57,800 nucleotides of DNA, from IMG/VR virus record IMGVR_UViG_3300050116_000283, positions 1-57,800 of that record. One strand, 5' to 3'. The number at the start of each line of letters is the position of its first letter. The first letter of the stretch is position 1. The notes under the pieces are model-generated. The model ran no database searches and was not told where the DNA came from. It was given only the letters and a program-made list of their open reading frames with translations. The stretch is from a virus. Its lineage: Duplodnaviria; Caudoviricetes. Below, piece after piece: positions 9,411 through 19,600 of the stretch. The translations under genes were made by a program, and so were the position numbers.

Positions 9411-12400
9411 CTACATGTAGATGAACACCGAGAGGTCCGCGCCCGGCACCGTCGTGCCGACGGCGGTGATATCCATCGTGATGCTGGCGCTGCCGGTGAT
9501 GACCCCGGCCGCCGTCAACTGCGCGGCAGTGGGCTGCACCGACAGGTTGCCTGCCGCAATCGTGAGACTCATCCAAAGCACGCCGCCCACGTTGATTTTG
9601 ATCGTCAGTCCCGCGCCGGTCGGGGCGGTGCCCACGAGCGCCACGACCTCGTTGGGAGTACGTGTAGCGTTCAACTGCAACGGCGGCGCTTGGTTGCTGC
9701 CAATCGCCAGAGTGCCGGCCACCTGCAGCGTCGCGCCCGGGGACGCGTTGGTCCCGACCGCCCCGTAGATCCAGTCCTCGCGGACCGGCGCATCGCCGTC
9801 CGGAGACTCGTTGCCGTTCACGTCCACTGTGAAGCCGGCAATCAACATCGGTTGCTTGATGAAGTTTGCGGTCGGTACCGCAAGTGTAACCGGCGTCAAC
9901 GGGCTCGCGTTGTCGATGGAGGTGGAATCGGCTTGGAAGACCCAACTCGGACCTTCGATAATCCACGTCGAGGTTTGGTCCATCGTAAGTGCCGGCTGGA
10001 ATGTGACACCCGTGGCGGTGTTGCCTGTGATGGTGCTCGGTAGCTGGCCGCGTCCGGTGTTCGCGATAATGCGAATCAGGTTCCCTATCTCAACGCCCAC
10101 CCCGCCGACCACGCCGATGCCGCCGTAACCGTTCAGCGAATTCCTGCAACCGTTGTCGTTGACGGTGTTGACCTTCGCCGGCTGGGCATTCAGGTTGTCC
10201 GACTTGAACCGAATATTGAACGCATCGCCCGGCAGCACGATCCCGGTAGGGTCGCGGTCCAGTGTGAGCGTCCCGGTCGCCGGCACGTGAGCGACGATGT
10301 TGAAACTTGCAAACGGCGTGCTGGCGTTCGGCCTGCCGATGATCGATAGCACCCGCCCTGCCGCGTTGAACGGCGTGCTGGAAGTATCGACCATGTCCGA
10401 CGACACAATCGTGTTGGTGGAGACGCCCAACACGGACGCACCAATCACACCCGAGTGCCTCAGGATTTTTGCTTTGACCCGCACCTTGGCAACGTACGGG
10501 GACGGCATCGCCCAGGTCGACCGCGCCAGCGGGCCGGAGAACGTTATAGAAGACGGGCTGTAGGTCATGCCGTCCCCAGTCGGCGTGAGCGCGCCCGACA
10601 ACTGCTCGCAGATCAGGTCGTCCTGGCTCGCCACAAACAGAACGAAGGACGCGAGCCCGGTGACCGCTGGCCATTTGATGTTCGCCAGCGTGAAGGAATC
10701 GGTGCCCGTGATCGACGTGCCGATGACAACGATGTTCGACGGCACTGAGGGAAGACCGCTTGCATCGATAGCACAGATGGCCACGTAGAGCGTCACCATC
10801 GCCGGCAGCGAACCGGCCGTCGACGCCTGCCCCACCAGCCCGATGCCCGGCGCGCCCGCACGCGTGGCACTGAATTCGTTCACCGGAAGCTTCCCGGTGA
10901 TCACCAGGGAAGCCTGCTGGCTCCCGTCCTGCAGAGGAACATAAACCTGATCCGAGTCGAACGTCCACTCGCCAGGGAAGAGCGCGTCGCTCGCGTTGGC
11001 CTGGATTTGATAGGGCGCCCACACCGGGCCCGCCGGGATCGCGTAGAAGATCGGCGACGGCGGCGCGGGCGCCACGTCCACCGGCTTCGGCCCGACGTCC
11101 AGGTCGTACATCGACGCAGTGACGGTCTGCCCTTCGATTTGCACCGACCAGTCTTTCTTGAGACTCCACTTCTGAATCCGGAAGCACATCGTGATGACGT
11201 GGTACGAAAGACCCGTCCCGCTGGGCGGCGCAGGATTCGTCGTGATCGTGGAACCATCGCTCGCCACCGCTGTGATGGTCACCTGCTCGTTGCCGATGAG
11301 GACCACCTTGTTGACGAGCTCGGTGTCGCCGGTCGCCGTGCCCGCATAGGTCCACGCATCGCCGCTTACGAAGGTCGCGACCGCCCCCGCGACGTTGCAG
11401 ATGCCGCGCGCGCCCGGAATGTCGGGATGCGTCATGGAGACGACCTGGCCGACCTCGTTCCCGAGCCCCAGGAGCGTGGTCTGCCAGGAAGCGTTACGCG
11501 CGTTGCGCCATTCCATCGGCGTCACGCCGCCGCACTCCTCGCGCGTGCGGGTGGCCGCGATGCGCAAAGCCTGACTCAGCGTGCTGATGCCAACCGAGTG
11601 CATCTGGCTGGTCAGCGGCGATCCGGCGCGCCCGTAGTAAGCCGCATGGCTCTTGTCGCAATAATCCGCCGTGTTGGCCTGGAATTGATACGCCACGTCG
11701 GCGTAGGAAATGATCAGATGCTCGAAGGCCGCCACGGTCGGCGTCAGCTTCAACGTTTGGAAGAGGATGCTGCCCAGCGTATAAGCGTCCACCGCGCTCG
11801 CGTTGATGCGGCACCCAAGTTTCAGCTTGCCGAATTCCCACGTGTAGAACCCCAGGCAGCAGTTGAGCACCTCGGAGAGCCAGTCGCGGAACGGCTTCTG
11901 GCTGCCGATCGATCCCTGGAACTGAAACTGGATTTCGTTCCCGGTGCCCAGGATCGCTGGCACCTGGGCTGCGGCGATCTCCGCGGCACCGCTGCCGTCG
12001 CCCACGATCAGCGAGGACAGCACGAAGGCCCCAAGCTGCTGTGCCGACATGCTCGGGTACGACATCGAGTCGCCGGGCGTCGCGCTGCCGGTGATCGGGG
12101 TGAGATAGTAACTCGTCCAGTCGTATTTACCATCGGCGGTGAAAGTGATGCCACCGAGCGTAAGGGTCGTGCCGACCGCCATGCGATCCTCGACGGATGC
12201 GATCAACGCCTTCTCTGCGTTGCCGGTCGGGTTCGGCCCGGCGATCACCGCGCACGCCTGCACGTACGCGTTCCAGACGGTCGCGAAGTTGGCCGCGAAG
12301 ATGGTTCGATTCGCGGCGGTCTGGTATCGGGGAGCGAGGCTCTGCCAGTTGTAAAGATTGGTCGCCAGCAGGGCCTCTGCCTGGTTCGCCGCGTTGCTCA

Positions 12401-14402
12401 TCGGCACGCTGTACGCGTTGCCGGTGAACGCGCTGCCGATCCACGCGATGAGGCACGCCCACATTCCGACCGGGTTCCCCAGCGCGGCCACGTATTCGAA
12501 GTCGCCGATGGTGGACCCGCTGAAGCTGAAGAACGAACTGGGCGGCAGCGTCACCACGATTGTCTGGGTGTTCAGCGGCGCCTGAAGGCCGGCGGTAAGC
12601 CCCATGGCGCGCAGGAACATGTTCACCGCGATCCAGAACGGATTGATGAGGCCGGACACCACGGAGCGATTGCCGTGCTGGTCCCACACGAAACCGGCGA
12701 GGCCGTAATCGAGCGGGATAACCATCTGGTGCTGGTCCGGAGTGCTCGGTTGGATGGTGCTCGACTTCGTGATGCGAACCTCGCAGAACGCGATGCCCGC
12801 CGCGTAGTTGTTCGGCTCCCATGTCTGTGGCGTCCCCTGGCCAAGCGAGAAGTAGTCGCTCGTCGGGTTGGCCGGATCGTTGCCGAGCACCTGCCGCAGT
12901 CCCATGCCGGGCTGGTTCTTTGTGATGACCAGATTGCCGTTGACCTGAAAGCCCTGCCACGTGTAGCCGTCGACCGTCGGCGCCACCACGTACCGGTAGC
13001 CGTCGGCGTTCTGCACGATCTGCGAGGGCGTAAACCCGCCCAGCGGGCCCGCGCCCAGGATGCCCAGAGAGTCTGCGTACGTGGACTCGTCGCGGTACGC
13101 GACCATCAGTGCGTTGGCCAAAAACGCGAAGAGCGCGTTGCCGCCCGAGTTGCACCAGATCTCCGGCAGCGCCAGACCCCAGATGTACTCCGTGATGATC
13201 GACGTGGCCGTGACCGTATTGCGGCCGATGCCCACGAAGCCGGTGGAGTCGTCCTTGATAATCACACCCTGCGGGTCCGCCTGCTGGCCACCGAAGTACG
13301 GCGACATCCCGTGCACCTGACAACCGTTCGCCGATTCGAGGTAATAGTCGCAACTAGCCGGATCACCTCCTGCCGCACTGACCGCCGCCGCGCTCGCGCC
13401 CTTGGTAGCCCAGAGGCAGTAGACGCCGTCGTTGTAGGTCTTCCAGCACTGGCGGCTGGCCTGCTTCTCCGGATACTGATTCATGATCTGGAAGAAGCCG
13501 TCGGAGCAGACCACCGGGAAGTTCGGCGTGCCGTCGCTCGCATAGTTCTGAATGACGCCCTTCCAGATTTGAATCAGGAGTCCGGAGTTGACGTGGTACG
13601 CGCAGAAGTCGATCTCCGCGTATTTCAGATCGGTGTCGTTGACGAGGTCCGTCATCGTGCGGTCGGCATTGCCGAACGCGAATCGCACGGTGTCGGACGA
13701 TCCCTTGATGTCCTGGGAGACGAGGACGTCGGAGCCAGGCTCGCCGATCCCGGTAATGCGCGGCAGGTAGAGTTGCGAACTGGATGCCCACCCGAGCGCA
13801 GCGGCCACGGCACCGCTCGCAGCGTCCGTGAGCGTCACGCGCCGGTCGGAAAGCCAGATGTCCGGCACGGCGGTTTCGCGCACGCGGATGTGAATGAGCG
13901 GAATCATCTCCTGGACTTCGGAGAGCAGCGCGGTCGAGAGCGCCGTCGAGGGGAAGCGCATGCAGGGCGCGGCGACCACCGCGTACGTCGGTGCCGCCGT
14001 CGGATCGACGACCTCGATCAGATTAAAACCGGTCTGACAAGCGTTGCGCAGGTAGTTGAAGGAGATCGGCGTCTCCTCGAAGGTCACCAGGACAGAGCTT
14101 GTAGTCCCGTCCGGGTTGGGCACGTTGTAAGTGAACGCCTCCGATGGGCCCTGCATCGACTCCCAGAACGATCTCAGTTCGCGCGCCTCCGTCCAGCCGA
14201 GATTGCCGCGCGAGAACCGGAACTTCCGAGGTCCGATGCCGCTATAGAAGCGCTGCTCCTGCTTGGCGTCCCTGCTGCCGAAGCGCTGGACAACCACCGA
14301 CCGTTCGACGGAGAAGCCGACTGGGTACTGCGTGGTGAGCGGGAATGTCTGGCCGGAGTTCAGCACCGTGGGGACGGCGATGCGGCCGATGGTGTCGGAC
14401 AT
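9411..14402 (-). CDS. Tail tip/central tail protein (gpM/gpL/gpJ-like fusion)
   Basis: ~1663 aa after the tape measure and distal tail genes; Cys cluster CWK..C..C..C like gpL; tail hub-like region LNCCLGFYTWEFGKLKL; start taken at ATG 14402 (MSDTIG). Confidence 0.78.
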   Translation of the reverse strand: MSDTIGRIAVPTVLNSGQTFPLTTQYPVGFSVERSVVVQRFGSRDAKQEQRFYSGIGPRKFRFSRGNLGWTEARELRSFWESMQGPSEAFTYNVPNPDGTTSSVLVTFEETPISFNYLRNACQTGFNLIEVVDPTAAPTYAVVAAPCMRFPSTALSTALLSEVQEMIPLIHIRVRETAVPDIWLSDRRVTLTDAASGAVAAALGWASSSQLYLPRITGIGEPGSDVLVSQDIKGSSDTVRFAFGNADRTMTDLVNDTDLKYAEIDFCAYHVNSGLLIQIWKGVIQNYASDGTPNFPVVCSDGFFQIMNQYPEKQASRQCWKTYNDGVYCLWATKGASAAAVSAAGGDPASCDYYLESANGCQVHGMSPYFGGQQADPQGVIIKDDSTGFVGIGRNTVTATSIITEYIWGLALPEIWCNSGGNALFAFLANALMVAYRDESTYADSLGILGAGPLGGFTPSQIVQNADGYRYVVAPTVDGYTWQGFQVNGNLVITKNQPGMGLRQVLGNDPANPTSDYFSLGQGTPQTWEPNNYAAGIAFCEVRITKSSTIQPSTPDQHQMVIPLDYGLAGFVWDQHGNRSVVSGLINPFWIAVNMFLRAMGLTAGLQAPLNTQTIVVTLPPSSFFSFSGSTIGDFEYVAALGNPVGMWACLIAWIGSAFTGNAYSVPMSNAANQAEALLATNLYNWQSLAPRYQTAANRTIFAANFATVWNAYVQACAVIAGPNPTGNAEKALIASVEDRMAVGTTLTLGGITFTADGKYDWTSYYLTPITGSATPGDSMSYPSMSAQQLGAFVLSSLIVGDGSGAAEIAAAQVPAILGTGNEIQFQFQGSIGSQKPFRDWLSEVLNCCLGFYTWEFGKLKLGCRINASAVDAYTLGSILFQTLKLTPTVAAFEHLIISYADVAYQFQANTADYCDKSHAAYYGRAGSPLTSQMHSVGISTLSQALRIAATRTREECGGVTPMEWRNARNASWQTTLLGLGNEVGQVVSMTHPDIPGARGICNVAGAVATFVSGDAWTYAGTATGDTELVNKVVLIGNEQVTITAVASDGSTITTNPAPPSGTGLSYHVITMCFRIQKWSLKKDWSVQIEGQTVTASMYDLDVGPKPVDVAPAPPSPIFYAIPAGPVWAPYQIQANASDALFPGEWTFDSDQVYVPLQDGSQQASLVITGKLPVNEFSATRAGAPGIGLVGQASTAGSLPAMVTLYVAICAIDASGLPSVPSNIVVIGTSITGTDSFTLANIKWPAVTGLASFVLFVASQDDLICEQLSGALTPTGDGMTYSPSSITFSGPLARSTWAMPSPYVAKVRVKAKILRHSGVIGASVLGVSTNTIVSSDMVDTSSTPFNAAGRVLSIIGRPNASTPFASFNIVAHVPATGTLTLDRDPTGIVLPGDAFNIRFKSDNLNAQPAKVNTVNDNGCRNSLNGYGGIGVVGGVGVEIGNLIRIIANTGRGQLPSTITGNTATGVTFQPALTMDQTSTWIIEGPSWVFQADSTSIDNASPLTPVTLAVPTANFIKQPMLIAGFTVDVNGNESPDGDAPVREDWIYGAVGTNASPGATLQVAGTLAIGSNQAPPLQLNATRTPNEVVALVGTAPTGAGLTIKINVGGVLWMSLTIAAGNLSVQPTAAQLTAAGVITGSASITMDITAVGTTVPGADLSVFIYM

Positions 14403-14416
14403 GCTGAAAGGGATGA

Positions 14417-14440
14417 TGAACGCAACTTGAGTCGCGTTCA
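14417..14440. terminator. Stem-loop between the ankyrin gene and the tail tip gene
   Basis: Minus strand TGAACGCGAC-TCAA-GTTGCGTTCA, 10-bp stem with one G-U pair; weak U tract. Confidence 0.4.
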
Positions 14441-14498
14441 ATGAATTTCAAAACAAACGCAAAGGTTGGAAGCTGTTCGCGGGGTCAAACTGGTTTTG

Positions 14499-16124
14499 TC
14501 ATTCTTGCGCTCCCGATGTTCTGAGGAGATTTGCGATATCCAAGCGATTTTCCTTTATCGCCCATTCGAGTGCAGTGCGGCCGTGTGCGGGCCTCATGCT
14601 GGGGTTAGCTCCAGCCCGTAACAAACTCGCCACCACGGATTCTGAGCACCAAACAGCTGCCATCGATAATGCGCACATGTTGTCGTGCACTGCGTTCGGG
14701 TTTGCTCCTGCTTGTAACAGGAGGTCAACAGTCCTCTTGACCGCTTCCACAGGAAGGCGCTGTTCACGGGCACTGCCTGCAGCCAAGGGGACATTTGTCC
14801 GCCGAAAATCCGCGCTGACCACACAGAATAGTGCCGTATAACCATGTCCTGCCGCCTCGACGTTCGCCCCGTGTGCCAGGAGAATTCTCGCAATGTCATC
14901 ACGTGCACACCAAGCCGCAGCGGCGAGCGGTGCAAAACCATGCTGGTTAAGGCCATTCGGATTCGCACCAGCGGCAAGGAGCTCTTGGACGGTAGAGACT
15001 GCACCGGCAGCGGCCGCGTCGTAGAGGCTGATACGCGCTTCCAGCTTAGCCCCTATTGCGGCCTTGCTGAGTAGAAGCTTGACAACTTGGCTATACCCGT
15101 TTCTCGCCGCACGATCCCGTGCCGTCTGTCCCTCATTATCAGCGGCATCGGCAGCTGCCCCTCGATCAAGTAATAGTCCGACGACATCCAGGTGGCCGTA
15201 CTGTGAGGCTGCGGCTAACGCTCGCTCCCCGCTGGGCGTTGCTGCATTCACGTCGACACCGCGACTAAGGAGCAGTTCAACTGCTTCCCTTAGCCCGCGC
15301 CCTGCCAGCCGAACGAGAGCTACTGCACCATGGAGGGAGGCTATGTCGGCTTTGGCGTCAATGAGCCGATTCAATACCTCGCAATGGTAACGCGGGTCTG
15401 GGTCGTTCCCTGAAGTGAAGGCTTCACAGTCTGCCCCACGAGAGAATGGGGTGCGCCCTGCCTTATCCGTCGTGTCCACCTGCGCGCCGTGCTCAAGCAA
15501 TATCTTCACGGCTGCTGGCTGACAATAGTATGCTGCCAAATGTAAGGGTGTTTCCCCATAGAGGTTCACCGCATTCACATCAGCTCCGCTCGAAAGCAGC
15601 AAGCCCAATGCTTCAAGGTTGCACTTTGAATGGATGGTTTCATGCAGCGGTGTGTTTTGGTGGAGGTCTCTTGCGTTCACGTCAGCACCCCTCCTCACAA
15701 GCACCTCTGCGACGTCAATAGGTGTGTGTGAAGTGAACAGACGCACTCTGCGCCAGCTGATTGCATCAAACAACGGGGGTTGACCTGTTTCGTCTCGGAC
15801 GTCGAAGTCTGCTCCTTTCGCAAGCAGCAGTTCCGCGATCTCGGCATTTCCCGTCATTGCGGTTTGGTGTAGCGTGGACCGCTGGGAAACCGCAATGTTG
15901 AGGTCCGCGCCCCCGTCCAATAGCAATCGGACCATCGCAGCGTGTCCCTTTGTGACAGCACGGAAGAGCGGTGTGCAACCTTGAGCGTCCAGGGCATTGA
16001 TCTCTGCTCTTTTCTTCAAGAGTAGGCGGGCTTCATCGCAACTGCCCTTCTCTGTGGCTTCATGGAGGGGCGTCGGGCCGGAGGCAGCTGCCTTTCCCTT
16101 GAAGAATCTGCTGAATAGATTCAT
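14499..16124 (-). CDS. Ankyrin-repeat protein (moron)
   Basis: More than 10 repeats of the TPLH.A...G....V.LLL..GADVN type; visibly less GC-biased than flanking genes. Confidence 0.93.
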   Translation of the reverse strand: MNLFSRFFKGKAAASGPTPLHEATEKGSCDEARLLLKKRAEINALDAQGCTPLFRAVTKGHAAMVRLLLDGGADLNIAVSQRSTLHQTAMTGNAEIAELLLAKGADFDVRDETGQPPLFDAISWRRVRLFTSHTPIDVAEVLVRRGADVNARDLHQNTPLHETIHSKCNLEALGLLLSSGADVNAVNLYGETPLHLAAYYCQPAAVKILLEHGAQVDTTDKAGRTPFSRGADCEAFTSGNDPDPRYHCEVLNRLIDAKADIASLHGAVALVRLAGRGLREAVELLLSRGVDVNAATPSGERALAAASQYGHLDVVGLLLDRGAAADAADNEGQTARDRAARNGYSQVVKLLLSKAAIGAKLEARISLYDAAAAGAVSTVQELLAAGANPNGLNQHGFAPLAAAAWCARDDIARILLAHGANVEAAGHGYTALFCVVSADFRRTNVPLAAGSAREQRLPVEAVKRTVDLLLQAGANPNAVHDNMCALSMAAVWCSESVVASLLRAGANPSMRPAHGRTALEWAIKENRLDIANLLRTSGAQE

Positions 16125-16144
16125 TGAGTCGGTTTATCGGCTAG

Positions 16145-16176
16145 AGTATAGCACCCAACTGCCGGGTCTGAAACGC
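16145..16176 (-). promoter_or_regulatory. Extended -10 promoter for the ankyrin gene
   Basis: Minus strand TGCTATACT (16153-16145) about 20 nt upstream of the ATG; weak -35 TTTCAG at 17 nt. Confidence 0.5.
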
Positions 16177-16228
16177 CTGGCGGTGCTCGCCGCGACGGCG
16201 CTTTCGAGTTCTTGGGATGGACTAATTG

Positions 16229-16645
16229 TCAAGCTACTTCTGTGATTTCCAATGTCGGGGCGTTTGTCCGCGCTACATCCGTCGACTGCACCCAGTTGCC
16301 GCGGAACACGACGGTGACGCGGCCCCGCGTTTCGTTGCCCGTGGGATCGTAGTTGCTGCCGATCTGCAGGCCAGCGGCTACGTCAAACGGATTGTAGAAG
16401 GCGAACGGGATAAGGCCGCCATTCTTGGACACCCAAAAGTTGTACAAAGCGGAAAGCGACGACGCGCTCAAGCGCTTGCTGAGCCGGAACGTTCGACGCG
16501 AAGTCTGCGCAAGCTGCGACCGCTGGATCGTCCCATCGTGATACTGGTTCTGGAACTGGGGGTACTCGCGCGCCTCGGTGAACGCGGTGCAAAGCGAAAA
16601 CGGCATGACACCATCCAGTGCGGCGGGTTGGAGATTGCCAGGCAT
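16229..16645 (-). CDS. Distal tail protein (lambda gpM-like)
   Basis: 138 aa directly after the tape measure gene; YHDG.IQR, F..GG..PFAFYNP motifs; similar to the N-terminus of 9411..14402. Confidence 0.7.
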   Translation of the reverse strand: MPGNLQPAALDGVMPFSLCTAFTEAREYPQFQNQYHDGTIQRSQLAQTSRRTFRLSKRLSASSLSALYNFWVSKNGGLIPFAFYNPFDVAAGLQIGSNYDPTGNETRGRVTVVFRGNWVQSTDVARTNAPTLEITEVA

Positions 16646-16650
16646 CGGAT

Positions 16651-19600
16651 CTACGCCACCATCAAACCTGGTACCTGGAGATTGGCCGACTGCTGGGTGC
16701 GGCCATAGCTGGCGTTCTGCGCCGCCATGGATTGATCGGCCACGAAGTCCGAAGTGATCGGTTGACCGTTAATGTTGAGCGACACGTACGTGCTGCCAGA
16801 CGGTGTCGTGTTCGGTCCCGGAGTCGTCGGGAATGTGGACCCGCCGATGCCTCCGAGCGTGGGCAGATCCGATACGTACGAGTGCCACGCGTTGTTCTGA
16901 AAGCTGGCCTGCTGGTACAGGTTGCCGCCCTGCTCGACGAGCGACCCGGCATACGGCGTCGACGCGGAGAGGGGCATCTTCTGGCCGGTGGCCTCGGAAT
17001 AGAGCATCACCAGTTGGCGTACCTTGGGCGACCGCACGGCCACCGCGATGTCGTTGCCGAACTCCGACTGCGCGATGCTTACGACCTGCTTGATGGTGCC
17101 GCTGTTCTGGGGGATATCGACACCGTAAATCTGCTTGATGTCGTTGTGCGCCTTCACCTGCGGCGACTCGATGCCGGCCAGCTTCTCGCCGATGCCGATC
17201 CCGAGTCCGGCGACCGCACCAATGCCCGCGCCGAGGACCGCGCCCATGGGGCCGCCGTATTGCATCCCGAAGCCCGCACCGAGCAGAGCGCCGCCAGCCG
17301 TGCCCATGCCGACGCCGCCCCAGCTTCCCATCTGCTTTCCCATCAAACCACTGGTCGCGAGCATCATCCCGGCAGCGGTAGCCATGGGCGAGGTGGCCAC
17401 AGCCAAGCCGCTGCTGGCGGCTTGGCCGGCGAACGTCGTCTGGTCGATGGGAAGACCGTGGTACGCCTTGGTGTTCCAGACCGAACTTTCAAGTTGAGAC
17501 AGTCCTGGGAATGCCGGCTTGCCGCTCAGAGCAGGCGCCAATTGGGAGAGTGGACTCCCACGGTTTAGCATCGGCAGGTTCGAGAGCGCAGACGTGCTGT
17601 ACCCGCCCTCCGGTGCGCCGCCACCGGACGGCACACCGCCGACGCCAGCAGGCGCGCCACCGCCGCCATCGATTATGAACGTCGGGCTGGCCTCCGGCAC
17701 GGCAGCGCCGTCGCCACCGCCGCCGGTCATCGTCACCGTAGCCATCCGCGCAGGCACCGAGATGCTGGGCACAGAGACACCCGCCAGGCCGGCGATGCCT
17801 GTAGGCGCGGCCACCGCCGGAGCGGTCATCCCCATCGCACCGGCAAGCACCGCGGTGAGCGCCGCCACGTGCGCCGAGTTCAGAATCGTCGCGGTGGTGT
17901 TCTGGTCCGTCGATATTTTGATTGGGTCTGCCTGCTTACTCCCGCCGAAGATCCCCTGGAAAATGCCGGCCAGCCCGCCGCCCCCGTCCGCGCCGAAGAT
18001 CGCCGGGTGCAAAACGTTGGCGGTCATCGACGCCATGCCTTCCGCTACCGGCTTAATCACTGCCTCGTGAATCGTACTGGCGAGTTCCTTCGGGAACTTG
18101 GTGGGATGCATAAGCAGCGTGTTCCACAGACCCTCGCTTTCCTTTTTGAGCGAGTCCATCTGCTGCTTCTGAATTTCAAGCTGCTTGAGCACAGCCTCTT
18201 CCTGCGCGTCGGCGACTTCTTTATTGAGTGCCTTCATCGCCCGGGCGCCGGCGACCAACTGCTCTGAGCCCGTGGTCTCTTTCAGAATCCGTTCCGCTTC
18301 CACCTCGGCGAGTTGTTTGGCGAGATCGATCCGGATCTGATATGTCTCGCGGACCGCGTCCATGCCTTCGGCGCCGCTGAACCCCACCATCTTCTGGGCG
18401 TGGCTGGCCTCCCGGGTGAGCAGGTCTTTCTGCGATTCGAGGTTGATCGATGCGACTTGGTCCTGAGCGCGGAACCAGTCCTCCCACTCCTTCATCTCCT
18501 CTTTCGACGGGCCGAGACTCGCCACGTTCTTCATCAAACGTTTGGCCTGCTCCTGCTGCGCATACTCCTCGAATTTCCGCCAGTCCGCATCGAACTTCGC
18601 GGTCTCCGCGGTGCGGATCTTTCCAGCCTGCTCGTCTGCCGCCTTGCGGATCGCGGCGATCTCCGCTTCCGACGCTTTCACTAGCACTGCCTGCTTTAGA
18701 AGCTGGTCCCGCTGGTAGAAGATCTTTCCGATTGCGTCGAGCTCTGCTTCATCGCCCTTCTTCTCAAACTCTGCCGCCTGGCGGCGAAACTCCTTAAGTG
18801 CCTCCCCGCCATGTGCGGTCGCGTCCAATGCCGCCTTGCGTCGCTCCTCGTCGGTTTGCGCGCTCTGGAGTTGGTGGCCAAGATCCTGCGCCTGCGCCCT
18901 CGTCAACGGCCTGTCCGGTTCGAACAGTTCTTTCTGCAACCGCTCAACGTCCTTCTTGGCATCGGCGTAGGCCTTCTCCATGCCCTCGTGCGTACCGAAG
19001 AACCGCGCTCGCAACCGATCCGTCTCCTCTTTGCCGCCGTGCAAATCCGTCCGTCTGGTGGCCGCCTCTGCATCGTTCAACATCTGCTGCAACTGTTTGA
19101 TCTGGCCTTGGATCTGGGTTGCGCCTTGCGCCTTGGCCTGCTCCTCCTTGGTGGGCGCCAGAGCCTGTAGCAGACCAAAATCGCCCACCAACTGCTGCTG
19201 TTGGCTGCGCAGATCCGCGATCTGCTGTAGAGTGGCGTCGCTGTTCTTCATGATGTCCGGCGCGCGCCGGTCCATATCTGCCATCGCCTGCCGATGGGCA
19301 GAGATCGACATCTTCGCGCCCGCACCGCCCGCCGCACGGACGGCATCCTGGTCTTGCCGCTGATGCTCCTCGCCAGCGTGCTCTTCCTCGCTACTGGGCG
19401 CGGCAACGTTCTTGAGGAACCAGTCGACGCCCTGGCCGACGTACGACACGGTGATGACCAGCCCCTCTTTGAACTTGCGGACCAGCGAGTCCCACTTGGT
19501 TTCGAGCACGGTCACTTCACGCTGGTACTCGGTGAACCGCCGGATGTCGTCCTCGGTCGGCCCGAAGCCCTCGTCGTGGGCGATGCGCAGGTTGTCGTTA

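Noticed and set aside
910-14402. Diversity-generating retroelement or invertible tail-fibre cassette
   Set aside because: No reverse transcriptase, invertase or TR/VR pair seen in the window
11007-14444. 1145-aa + strand ORF and similar long antisense ORFs (1369..3387, 25477..28059, 48521..49792, 55536..56645)
   Set aside because: Shadow frames of well-supported genes in GC-rich DNA; Arg/Ala/Gly-rich with no motifs
16205-16232. TTGACA overlapping the distal-tail stop as the ankyrin promoter
   Set aside because: No acceptable -10 at 16-18 nt; the nearer extended -10 fits better
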